A DNA stretch of 51,208 nucleotides from Flavobacteriales bacterium. GTDB lineage: Bacteria > Bacteroidota > Bacteroidia > NS11-12g > UBA955. The translations under genes were made by a program, and so were the position numbers. The notes below the pieces were generated by a model. It was not told where the DNA came from. It worked only from the letters and a program-made list of their open reading frames with translations, and ran no database searches. Within the stretch, counting starts at the first letter, position 1. Every line of letters starts with the position of its first letter. Shown piece by piece: positions 34,388 through 43,177 of this stretch. The DNA is taken from contig CANHTS010000002.1 in assembly GCA_947463435.1 (NCBI GenBank), positions 1-51,208 of the forward strand. The letters are read 5' to 3'.

Positions 34388-35610
34388 ACCCGCGCGAAAT
34401 CTGGATTTTTGTGGATGATATCGAACCGCCTTTCGTGCGGGAAGAGATCGTGTTTCACGCAGGCAAGTACAGCGCTGTGCGGCTTATATCCAGAAAACCC
34501 CTCGTATTGGGTGAACTTGAACCTTATGTGAAATCTGTGCATCATATCAGTCACCAAAGAGGAAGCCTGAAGCAATTGCTGCAATTCAGGCTTTGGTTCT
34601 GGTTGATTGCCGACCTTCTGAGCAAGGGCACTTCGAAGGCCTATCTGAAGCGTTGGCGCTATAAACTTTCCTATTTGCTGCGTTGCATGGGTGCCGCGAA
34701 CGAACTCATTCCTTTGCTTCGCAGCCATGGCGATAACAAACCCATCCTGCTCAGTTACTGGTTCGCAGATTGGGCGCTAACGCTGTCGTGGCTGAAAGCT
34801 GCAGGTCAAATTTCGGCATTTTACAGTCGTGCCCATGGCCGCGATGTTTTCGAAGACCGCGAGCCCAAAACCGGCAAGCTGGCTTTTCGTTTGCAGCAAA
34901 TACGGGCAGTTGAATCGGTCTTCACCGTGTCTGCTGCCGGCCGTGATTATATGCAGGCCAAGTATCCGGAATACGCTTCGAAGATTCATTTACAATACCT
35001 CGGAACCAGCGATCAGGGCGAAGGCGCATTTGACCCCTCCGCCAAACCTACACTGCTAACCTGTGCACGCGTGAGGAATGTGAAGCGCATTTACCTCATG
35101 CCGCAGATTTTGCAGCACATGAAAACGCCGGTGAGGTGGGTACATATCGGAGACGAAAACCTCAAAGCCACCAACGACCCAACCATGGTTTGGTATAAGG
35201 AAGGGAAGGAAGCACTGAAGGCCATCTCAGACCGGGTGGAAGCAGTATATACCGGTCCTTTACCGAATGCAGAAATCTTTAAATTCTACCGTGAGAACAC
35301 GGTTAACCTCTTTCTGAACCTCAGCGAAACTGAGGGGCTGCCCTTTGTGTTGATTGAGGCCATCAGCATGGGTATTCCGCTCATGGCCACCGATGTTGGC
35401 GGTTGCAGGGAAATTGCCAATCAGTCAACCGGTATATTGCTCAATGCCAGTCCAGATCCGGCCGCTGTGGCAGCGCAGATAGAACAGTTTCTGGAATCTG
35501 ACAAAAACAGCATTGCATTTCGCCGACAGGTAAGAGACTGGTGGTCAGGGAATTTTCGCTCGGAAAACAACCTGATGGCGTTTGTTTCAATGGCAACAAA
35601 ATCAGCATGA
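34384..35610 (+). CDS. GT4-family glycosyltransferase
   Basis: EX7E region SETEGLPFVLIEAISMGIPLMATDVGG. ATGA overlap with the upstream gene; the track start 33937 is spurious. Confidence 0.8.
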   Translation: MNPREIWIFVDDIEPPFVREEIVFHAGKYSAVRLISRKPLVLGELEPYVKSVHHISHQRGSLKQLLQFRLWFWLIADLLSKGTSKAYLKRWRYKLSYLLRCMGAANELIPLLRSHGDNKPILLSYWFADWALTLSWLKAAGQISAFYSRAHGRDVFEDREPKTGKLAFRLQQIRAVESVFTVSAAGRDYMQAKYPEYASKIHLQYLGTSDQGEGAFDPSAKPTLLTCARVRNVKRIYLMPQILQHMKTPVRWVHIGDENLKATNDPTMVWYKEGKEALKAISDRVEAVYTGPLPNAEIFKFYRENTVNLFLNLSETEGLPFVLIEAISMGIPLMATDVGGCREIANQSTGILLNASPDPAAVAAQIEQFLESDKNSIAFRRQVRDWWSGNFRSENNLMAFVSMATKSA

Positions 35611-36224
35611 TAGTCATTGTTGATTACGGGTTAGGCAATTTAGCCTCCATCGGAAATATGATCCGGAAAGCGGGTGGTAAATGCCTGATTTCAGGCGATC
35701 CGGATCGCATTGCCGGGGCTGAAAAGATCCTTTTACCAGGTGTTGGACACTTTGCCGCCGGCATGGAACACATCCACAGCAAGGGTCTGGAAGCTGTTTT
35801 GAACGACAAGGCACTCAAACAACAAGTGCCGGTGCTCGGCATTTGCCTGGGTATGCAGCTAATGGCGCGGCATTCTTCAGAAGGCGATGTGCGCGGGCTT
35901 GGTTGGTTTGATGCCGATGTCAGGCATTTTCGCACCGAACAAATGCAGTCGTTGAAAGTACCGCACATGGGCTGGTCTGATATACATCTTGCCGGCACAC
36001 ATGCCTTGTTCCCTGCTGTGGAAGAGCAACAGCGCTTCTATTTCGTGCATTCTTACCACATGGTATGCGACAGAGAAGAAGATATCCTGGCAAGCGCTGA
36101 ATACGGTTATCGTTTCACCTGCGCTGTGAGCCGCGATAACACGATTGGGTTGCAATTTCATCCGGAAAAGAGCCATCGTTTTGGTCTGGAAGTGATGAAG
36201 CGTTTTGTTCAATGGAACCCTTAA
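35607..36224 (+). CDS. HisH-like glutamine amidotransferase subunit (WbuY-type, glycosyl amidation-associated)
   Basis: IVIVDYGLGNLASI, catalytic Cys in GICLGMQL, and FHPEKS. ATGA overlap with the upstream gene. Confidence 0.88.
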   Translation: MIVIVDYGLGNLASIGNMIRKAGGKCLISGDPDRIAGAEKILLPGVGHFAAGMEHIHSKGLEAVLNDKALKQQVPVLGICLGMQLMARHSSEGDVRGLGWFDADVRHFRTEQMQSLKVPHMGWSDIHLAGTHALFPAVEEQQRFYFVHSYHMVCDREEDILASAEYGYRFTCAVSRDNTIGLQFHPEKSHRFGLEVMKRFVQWNP

Positions 36225-36230
36225 CCGGCA

Positions 36231-37001
36231 ATGCGTAGAATCAGGATTATTCCGGTGTTGGGTATTGAAGGAGGTCAATTGGTCAAAACAGTTGATTTTA
36301 AGAACCCCAATTATATAGGCGACCCGCTCAATGCAATCAAGATATTCAACGATAAGGAAGTTGACGAGCTAACGATTGTCGATATCAGAGCAAGCAAGAA
36401 CAAAGCTGAACCAAACTACAGGCTTATTGGCGAAATGGCCGGTGAATGCTTCATGCCCTTGGCTTATGGAGGTGGCATCAATCAGGCTGACCAAGCCAGG
36501 CGCCTCTTCGATTTAGGGGTGGAAAAGGTAATTATCGGTTCTGCCTTTTACACCAATCCGGATATTGTTTCCCAGTTGGCGGTAAGATACGGGGCGCAGA
36601 GCATAGTGGTTTGTTTGGATGTTGACAAAGGCCTGCTTGGAAAATGGAAAGTAAAATCTGTCTCAGGAACCCGGAAACAGGAGCAAAATCCTGAAGCACT
36701 TGCCATTCGGGCGGCCAATGCAGGCGCGGGTGAAATCGTACTGCATGCCATTCACAAGGAAGGTGCAATGTCTGGCTATGACCTGCCCTTGATTCAATTG
36801 GTGTCTGCCGCCGTCGGGGTTCCGGTAGTGGCCCTTGGTGGCGCAAGGGGGATACCAGATTTTCTTGATGCCATACAAGCCGGTGCCAGTGCTGTTGCCG
36901 CATCTTCCACCTTTATTTACAATCGCAACAACGTGCGTTCCATATTGATTAATTACCCAACTCAGAAGCAGTTGAGCGAAGAGCTGTTCAACAAAATCTA
37001 A
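36231..37001 (+). CDS. HisF-like cyclase-fold subunit (WbuZ-type, glycosyl amidation-associated)
   Basis: RIIPVLGIEGGQLVKTVDFKN..YIGDPLNAIKIFNDKEVDEL, YGGGI, and ALGGARG. TIM-barrel HisF paralog. Confidence 0.88.
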   Translation: MRRIRIIPVLGIEGGQLVKTVDFKNPNYIGDPLNAIKIFNDKEVDELTIVDIRASKNKAEPNYRLIGEMAGECFMPLAYGGGINQADQARRLFDLGVEKVIIGSAFYTNPDIVSQLAVRYGAQSIVVCLDVDKGLLGKWKVKSVSGTRKQEQNPEALAIRAANAGAGEIVLHAIHKEGAMSGYDLPLIQLVSAAVGVPVVALGGARGIPDFLDAIQAGASAVAASSTFIYNRNNVRSILINYPTQKQLSEELFNKI

Positions 37002-37084
37002 ATTCAAAATCAGCCCGGCGTCTGGATTTCCCGGCACGGCTTATTGAATAAAAAATCGTAAACTATCCCCAAAAACCCAAATAC

Positions 37085-38911
37085 ATGTGCGGAATATTCG
37101 GCATCATCTCAACTGAAAAAATCGTCAGGAAAGAACTGGAAGTACTGGTTCATCAAGCTGAGCAAAGAGGAAAAGACTCCAGCGGTCTCATTTTTATCCG
37201 CAAGGATCAATTTCATATCCGGCGGGCCGATTACAACATCGAAAAACTGCTCGATAAGGTAAAACCCTATGATTCAGTTGTTGTTCTTGGGCACAGCCGA
37301 TTGATTACCAACGGATTGTCAGACAATCAGCCGGTAGTCCGCGAGAACATAGCAGTGCTGCACAACGGCATTATTGTCAATGAAGACGAAATCTGGAACA
37401 GTATCTCACCCGAGAGAAAGCTCGAGATCGACTCTGAGGCTATAGTGGGTATTGCGCTCGATCATCTGCATAACGGTGGTCAGGTCGACACTTTAGCCGA
37501 GGCGGTGCTATCAAAATGCAAAGGCATTGTTTCCTGTGCGCTGATTTTGAAAGACCAGGGCAAACTGGTTTTGCTTTCCAATAATGGAAGTCTGTATGTT
37601 GGAACCAGAGAGGGGTCAACCTATTTCGCTTCGGAAAAATACCCCCTTGATACGCTTGCCTGCACCAACGTAACCCAGGTTCGTCAATCGAGCATGATCG
37701 TAGATATTCCTGCTGCCGGAAAGGCTGAATGGAATATCAGCGACGACAATATCCGCAAGGAAAATCTGATACCGGAGTTTGTTTACAACAAAGAACAGGC
37801 TGCCTTGCTCGAATACCGGAAACCGAACCTCAAAAGATGCACCCGTTGCATATTGCCTGAAACGATGCCGTATATCCATTTTGACAGCAATGGAGTATGC
37901 AATTATTGTCATCATTACAAACTGCGGAATAATCCGAAACCGGTAGAGGAAATTTTCAAACTCATAGAACCATATCGCCGCGAAAAGGGCCTGGAATGCA
38001 TTGTTCCATTTTCCGGGGGAAGAGACAGTTGTTACGGCCTGCACCTGATTGTAAAGGAATTGGACCTGCGCCCTGTAACCTATACATACGATTGGGGAAT
38101 GGTAACAGACCTCGGCCGCCGCAACATCAGCAGAATGTGTGCTGAGCTCGGCGTTGAGAATATTATCGTTGCAGCCGATATTTCCAGAAAACGCAAAAAC
38201 ATCCGCATGAATCTGGAAGCCTGGCTCAAAGCGCCACATCTTGGAATGATGGCGTTGCTTACCGCCGGCGATAAGCATTTCTTCCGCTATGTGGAAGAAG
38301 TGAAGAAACAGACCGGAGTACAATTGAATCTATGGGGAATCAACCCGCTGGAGGTAACGCATTTCAAGACCGGTTTTCTTGGTATCAAACCTGATTTTGA
38401 GGAAGAGCGTGTTTACAGCCACGGCGCCATGAAGCAGCTTCGTTATCACATCAAACGTTTTCGCGCCATGATGCAAAGCCCGGGATACTTCAATTCTTCG
38501 CTTTGGGATACCCTGTCGGGCGAATACTACCGCAGCTTTACAGAGAAGCAAGACTATTACCACATTTTCGATTACTGGCGCTGGGACGAAGACCAGGTGA
38601 ACGATACCCTGATCAACGATTATGGCTGGGAACTCGCGGTGGATACCAGCACAACCTGGCGCATCGGCGATGGTACAGCAGCTTTTTACAACTACGTCTA
38701 CTACACGGTGGGTGGCTTCACCGAGCACGATACCTTCCGGAGCAACCAGATCCGCGAAGGGCAGATTACCCGTGAAAAAGCACTTGAACTTGTCGAAGAC
38801 GAAAACCAACCCAGATACCAGAATATCCGTTGGTACCTGGATACCCTTGGTCTGGATTTTGAGCGGGTGATTCGCATCGTGAATAACATACCCAAATTGT
38901 ATCATCAATAA
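37085..38911 (+). CDS. Fusion protein: class-II (Ntn) glutamine amidotransferase domain plus WbuX/PseA-type PP-loop N-acetyl sugar amidotransferase domain
   Basis: N-terminal about 220 aa: MCGIFGII, RGKDSSG, GHSRLITNG..NQP, HNGIIVN, IDSEAI. C-terminal part: CTRCILPE...GVCNYC zinc-ribbon pattern and PP-loop VPFSGGRDSCYGLH, colinear with the ORF at 17134. Confidence 0.8.
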   Translation: MCGIFGIISTEKIVRKELEVLVHQAEQRGKDSSGLIFIRKDQFHIRRADYNIEKLLDKVKPYDSVVVLGHSRLITNGLSDNQPVVRENIAVLHNGIIVNEDEIWNSISPERKLEIDSEAIVGIALDHLHNGGQVDTLAEAVLSKCKGIVSCALILKDQGKLVLLSNNGSLYVGTREGSTYFASEKYPLDTLACTNVTQVRQSSMIVDIPAAGKAEWNISDDNIRKENLIPEFVYNKEQAALLEYRKPNLKRCTRCILPETMPYIHFDSNGVCNYCHHYKLRNNPKPVEEIFKLIEPYRREKGLECIVPFSGGRDSCYGLHLIVKELDLRPVTYTYDWGMVTDLGRRNISRMCAELGVENIIVAADISRKRKNIRMNLEAWLKAPHLGMMALLTAGDKHFFRYVEEVKKQTGVQLNLWGINPLEVTHFKTGFLGIKPDFEEERVYSHGAMKQLRYHIKRFRAMMQSPGYFNSSLWDTLSGEYYRSFTEKQDYYHIFDYWRWDEDQVNDTLINDYGWELAVDTSTTWRIGDGTAAFYNYVYYTVGGFTEHDTFRSNQIREGQITREKALELVEDENQPRYQNIRWYLDTLGLDFERVIRIVNNIPKLYHQ

Positions 38912-39023
38912 GCAAGCCGACAGCATTCAGCCTTGTAAGTGCTGCTACGGCATATTCATCGCCGGAAGTCAATTATGGTTGACAATCAGCATTTAAATAT
39001 CAGACCAAGCATACCAGCCTCAC

Positions 39024-40241
39024 ATGCATTTTACGATCGTAAGTTATACTTTCCCGCCTAGCCGTGAAATTGGGGGGCGTCGCTGGGCCAAGTTCAGTCA
39101 GCATCTCCGCCGGCAAGGGCATACAATCACAGTGGTATGCGCCGACCAGGATGCTGAACCAGGCTGGTATGAACGCGAATTTCCGGGAATCGATGTTGTG
39201 TCGCTTCCTCCCAAGTACCCGGAATGGATGGGCGGTTATACCCGGAATTTCAAAGAGAAGTTATCCTATTTCGCTGTATCGCGCTTGTACAAGCCTTTGA
39301 CACGGAAGAATATTTTTGACCGTGGTTTCAACTGGAAGCAGACCATGCTGGGTGCTTTGGAAGCAATACACGGCAGGAAGCCGATTGATATACTGGTAAC
39401 TACCGGCGGGCCGTTTTCTATCATGAAATACGGTACAGCATTCCGCAAAAAGCACCCTGAGGTGAAGTATATCGTTGATTTGCGCGACCCGTGGACTACA
39501 GGAGTTTTATATGGCATCCCTTCCATGTCGCCTGCAAAAAAGGCGTATCAGGAAGCGCAGGAGCGGCGCACCATAGAAGGCTGTGACCTTTTTTGTTATC
39601 CGACCGAAAGCATGGGTGACAAGTTGGCGCAGCAGTATCCAGCGGAAGCACACAAACTGTACCTGTTGCCGCATGCCTACGATCCGGAGAAATTTCCTGA
39701 GGTTAAAACTGCATCCAAGCGCAATGGATTCATTTATGGCGGCACCATTTATTTCGGTCTTGAAGACTGGTTGAAAAAGCTAGATCGCATCGTCAAGGCT
39801 AACCCAGCTTCCGAATTTCAATGGGATATTTATACCGGCACTCCTTATCCGCTGATTGACGCCGATTTTGCCAAAGGGAAGGTGAGGATGCATCCACTCA
39901 TTCCGGAGGAAAAGTTGTTTGTCAAAGTACAGGATGCAGCGGCCTATTTGGTTTTCTTTCCTGAAAGCGAACGAGATCTTATCTCCACCAAGTTCTACGA
40001 GATTGTTTACTCCGGCACCCCCATTCTGTATATCGGCGCCGATGGCCTTGTAGCCGATTTCATCACCAGGAATAAGTTGGGTGTGCATGTGCATCCGGAC
40101 AGGATGGAGGAAGAACTGCCTCAATACCTCAACGGAGACATTCCTTTTGAACCCGGTTATTTCGATGTAAGTCGTTATAGCTTTGCCAAAGTAACTCAGG
40201 CCTTCCTTGAACGGATAAGCCAATTCACCCATGACGGCTAA
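39024..40241 (+). CDS. Glycosyltransferase-like protein, GT-B fold (divergent GT4)
   Basis: MHFTIVSYTFPPSREIGGRRW.., DLRDPW, and a C-terminal ISTKFYEIVYSGTPILYIG (EX7E-like). It is preceded by a 112-nt gap. Confidence 0.55.
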   Translation: MHFTIVSYTFPPSREIGGRRWAKFSQHLRRQGHTITVVCADQDAEPGWYEREFPGIDVVSLPPKYPEWMGGYTRNFKEKLSYFAVSRLYKPLTRKNIFDRGFNWKQTMLGALEAIHGRKPIDILVTTGGPFSIMKYGTAFRKKHPEVKYIVDLRDPWTTGVLYGIPSMSPAKKAYQEAQERRTIEGCDLFCYPTESMGDKLAQQYPAEAHKLYLLPHAYDPEKFPEVKTASKRNGFIYGGTIYFGLEDWLKKLDRIVKANPASEFQWDIYTGTPYPLIDADFAKGKVRMHPLIPEEKLFVKVQDAAAYLVFFPESERDLISTKFYEIVYSGTPILYIGADGLVADFITRNKLGVHVHPDRMEEELPQYLNGDIPFEPGYFDVSRYSFAKVTQAFLERISQFTHDG

Positions 40242-40875
40242 GCGCAATGTGATATTGATTTTGGCGCCGCATACCGACGATGCGGAGTTTGGTATGGGTG
40301 CAACAATAGCCCGCTTTATTGACGAAGGGCACGACGTGTATTGCGCTGCATTTTCTGCCTGTCGGCAGAGCGTTCATCCTTCTTTTCCAGACGATATCCT
40401 GATAACCGAAGTAAGGGCTGCCGCTGCGGTGCTTGGCATTCAGGAAGATCATCTTTTCCTGTACGATTACCCGGTCCGCACCTTCAATTTCAGGCGCCAG
40501 GAATTGCTCGACGATATCATCCGCCTGCGCGAAAATATCCGTCCGGATTATGTGTTCATGCCTTCGGTCAACGACATCCATCAGGACCATTATACCCTGG
40601 CGCAGGAAGGCGTACGCGCGTTCAAGTTTTCATCTTTGTTGTGTTATGAATTGCCCTGGAACAACTTCAGTTTCCAGACCAGTTGTTTCTATGAAGTCGA
40701 TGCTGCCCAATTGCAGCGCAAGATCGATGCAGTGGCCTGTTACCGCAGCCAGCAGCACCGTCCGTATGCATCGGCCGACTTCATCCGCTCGCTTGCCGTA
40801 ACGCGCGGCGTGCAGACCGGCGCTCCCCTGGCCGAGTGCTTCGAGGTGGTGCGCCTGGTGAACCGCCTTTTCTGA
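40231..40875 (+). CDS. PIG-L/LmbE-family N-acetyl-sugar deacetylase
   Basis: ILAPHTDDAEFGMG and NDIHQDH zinc-site motifs. 214 aa. Confidence 0.87.
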   Translation: MTAKRNVILILAPHTDDAEFGMGATIARFIDEGHDVYCAAFSACRQSVHPSFPDDILITEVRAAAAVLGIQEDHLFLYDYPVRTFNFRRQELLDDIIRLRENIRPDYVFMPSVNDIHQDHYTLAQEGVRAFKFSSLLCYELPWNNFSFQTSCFYEVDAAQLQRKIDAVACYRSQQHRPYASADFIRSLAVTRGVQTGAPLAECFEVVRLVNRLF

Positions 40876-40934
40876 GGGGCGGAAATCATTTCCTTTCTTG
40901 ACAAAAAACACGCCTGCGCCCTGCGTGGTCGTTG

Positions 40935-40942
40935 TAACTTTG
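40935..40942 (+). promoter_or_regulatory. Candidate -7 promoter box (TAACTTTG) upstream of the orphan ORF at 40956
   Basis: Exact TAnnTTTG match, 13 nt upstream of the ATG, inside one of the few intergenic gaps (80 nt) of the locus. Confidence 0.35.
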
Positions 40943-40955
40943 CATTGCGCAAGCT

Positions 40956-41957
40956 ATGAGCACCCAGCCATTCGAACACCACCCATATGTTGAGCGACTG
41001 AAGAAACTCAACGAACAGTATCCCGAGCGCAGCGAGTTTCATGCCCGCAGCGGGGAAATCCTGCAGGAAATGGGCGCAGACAACGCGTTTCTGCAAACCG
41101 TTATCCGCCGCAACTTCGACGATCAGGGCTATCTGGACCAGCAGTGGAGCCTCTACAATATCCCTTTCCTTTACATCTATGAGTGCAACGACTTCTACCT
41201 GAAGATCCACTTCTTCCCGGCCATGCAGAACTACCGCCCGGGTCAGGCAGCGCATTGCATCCATCACCACAACAACTACATCCTCACCACGGCAGCCATC
41301 TATGGTTCGGGCTACGAAACCATGCTGTTCGACAAGCAGGTGGACATCGATGAAAAAACCCTGGAAACCAGGATGCGGGTTGCGAAGCATTTCACCCAAC
41401 AGGAGCATCCGGTGCATACCATCGATGCCTGGGAACCCCATGTAGTCTACATGCCCTCGGCCTGGAGCAGCACCCTGCAGCTCTGGACGCCCGACAAGAA
41501 ACGCAGCACCGATGGCCTCCGCAGCAATCCGGTTTTGAAAGCGCTCAAGATGCCCCTGCGCAAGCTTATTTACCTCTGCGGACTGGAAAAGTCGATGGGC
41601 ATTGCGGCTGCAAAAACCTATCAATGGTACCCTGAAGGCAAGCATTTCAAAGCCATCCTGGAAGACGAATACTTCGGTCCGACCCGCGCCGCCAAAGGTC
41701 CGGATGTGGATCTCTGGAGCATGCAAAACGTGTTCATCTTCATCCAGCGCAAGGGCTTGGTTGATAATGCTTATTTGCAGGAATTGCGGAACCGCCCCAA
41801 CACGCCTTCCTGTTACCTGCCCTGGATCGACATGATCCTCAACGACCAGGAGATACCGCTCACCTGGCACCGCGACGAGATCAACATTCCCGGCAAAACC
41901 TACCGTTCGGAAGACGTTTACCGCGCTGCCGGCATGGAAGCGCTCCGCACTTTCTGA
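40956..41957 (+). CDS. Hypothetical protein, 333 aa, no family recognised; His-rich segment suggests a possible metal site
   Basis: The ORF is protein-like, in contrast to the antisense ORF 40740-41870, which looks like a GC artefact. It contains PGQAAHCIHHHNNYILT and QEHPVHTIDAWEPHVVY. No TM segments or signal peptide were seen. Confidence 0.6.
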   Translation: MSTQPFEHHPYVERLKKLNEQYPERSEFHARSGEILQEMGADNAFLQTVIRRNFDDQGYLDQQWSLYNIPFLYIYECNDFYLKIHFFPAMQNYRPGQAAHCIHHHNNYILTTAAIYGSGYETMLFDKQVDIDEKTLETRMRVAKHFTQQEHPVHTIDAWEPHVVYMPSAWSSTLQLWTPDKKRSTDGLRSNPVLKALKMPLRKLIYLCGLEKSMGIAAAKTYQWYPEGKHFKAILEDEYFGPTRAAKGPDVDLWSMQNVFIFIQRKGLVDNAYLQELRNRPNTPSCYLPWIDMILNDQEIPLTWHRDEINIPGKTYRSEDVYRAAGMEALRTF

Positions 41958-41992
41958 CGCGATTCACCCGCGCGCTGTAACTTCGCCGCTCC

Positions 41993-43177
41993 GTGCGGAT
42001 CCTTTATTTCTCACCCCACCCCACCCACGACATCGCCAGCGAGGTCGGTTATTCCACGCACCAGCGCGAAACCATCCTCGCTTTTCGCACCCTTGGACAC
42101 GAGGTATTGCCTGTGATCATGGGCGGTACCACCAAGGAAGAAAAAAAGGTCTTCCAGCAACAGGGCCTCAAATTCAGGATCAAGGAAGCCATGAAAAAGG
42201 CCATGCCGGATGTGTTTTACAACGGGCTGAAAGACTACGGCATCCGCAGGTTTGACCAATTGGCGGCGCAGAAGCTGGAAGAGGGCATCCGCGCATTTCA
42301 GCCCGATCTGGTGTACGAACGCAGCGAATACATGCAGGATTCAGGTGTGCGGGTTTGTCGCGCCATGGGCGTGAAGCATTATCTGGAGGTGAATGCGCCA
42401 TTTATTGAGGAAATGCGCCATTGGGAAGGTCCTTCAGTCTTGCACCCGCTCGGGCACCGCATCGAAAAGCGAAAGATTAAGGAAGCCACCCGGGTATTTG
42501 CCGTAAGCAGTGTGCTGCGCGATTTTTTGGTGGATGAATACGAAGCCGATCCGGAGAAGCTGGCGGTGATACCAAACTGCATCAATCCTGACGGCGTGAA
42601 GGTAGACCCGGAGAAGGCAGCTTCGATAGCAGCGCAATACGGCTTGAGTGGCAAGCGCGTGGTCGGATTTGTCGGGTCTTTCTTTCCCCACCACGGGCTC
42701 GACGATTTGATTGCAGCCTTCGCCAAGGTGGAACATGCCTTTCCCAATGCGGTATTGTTGATAGTCGGCGGTGGCATGAATGAAGAAGAACTCAAGCGGC
42801 AGGCCGTGCAGCAACTTGGCGAAGGCCGGGTAATTTTCGCCGGGCGGGTACCGCATCACGAGGTTTACAATTACATCACCCACATGGACATTGCCGTGAT
42901 GCCGCGCAGCAACTGGTACGGCAGTCCGATGAAGATTTTCGAATACGGTATCCTTTCCAAGGCCGTGGTAGCGCCCGATAACGGACCGGTGAAAGACGCC
43001 ATGGTACACGGCGACGACGGTATTCTGATCCAACCCGGTAAGGAAGCCCTGGCCGAAGCCCTGCGCCTCCTGCTGGCCGATCAAGTTTTGTGCGAACGCC
43101 TGGGAGCGCATTTCGAAGCGAAGATCCGGGAACGTTTTGTGTGGACGAAGCAGGCGGAATATATCCTTGGTCTATGA
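41993..43177 (+). CDS. GT4-family glycosyltransferase
   Basis: (GTG)RILYFSPHP.., IPNCINP, FVGSFFPHHGLDDL, and EX7E-like GSPMKIFEYGILSKAVVAP. Confidence 0.84.
   Translation: MRILYFSPHPTHDIASEVGYSTHQRETILAFRTLGHEVLPVIMGGTTKEEKKVFQQQGLKFRIKEAMKKAMPDVFYNGLKDYGIRRFDQLAAQKLEEGIRAFQPDLVYERSEYMQDSGVRVCRAMGVKHYLEVNAPFIEEMRHWEGPSVLHPLGHRIEKRKIKEATRVFAVSSVLRDFLVDEYEADPEKLAVIPNCINPDGVKVDPEKAASIAAQYGLSGKRVVGFVGSFFPHHGLDDLIAAFAKVEHAFPNAVLLIVGGGMNEEELKRQAVQQLGEGRVIFAGRVPHHEVYNYITHMDIAVMPRSNWYGSPMKIFEYGILSKAVVAPDNGPVKDAMVHGDDGILIQPGKEALAEALRLLLADQVLCERLGAHFEAKIRERFVWTKQAEYILGL

Noticed and set aside
38968-38999. Palindrome GTCAA-N6-TTGAC and a TTGACA / TAAATA pair in the 112-nt gap before the gene at 39024 (operator or sigma-70-type promoter).
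   Set aside because: The -35/-10 spacing is about 9 nt, far too short. Bacteroidota do not use this consensus, and a 5-bp palindrome is expected by chance.
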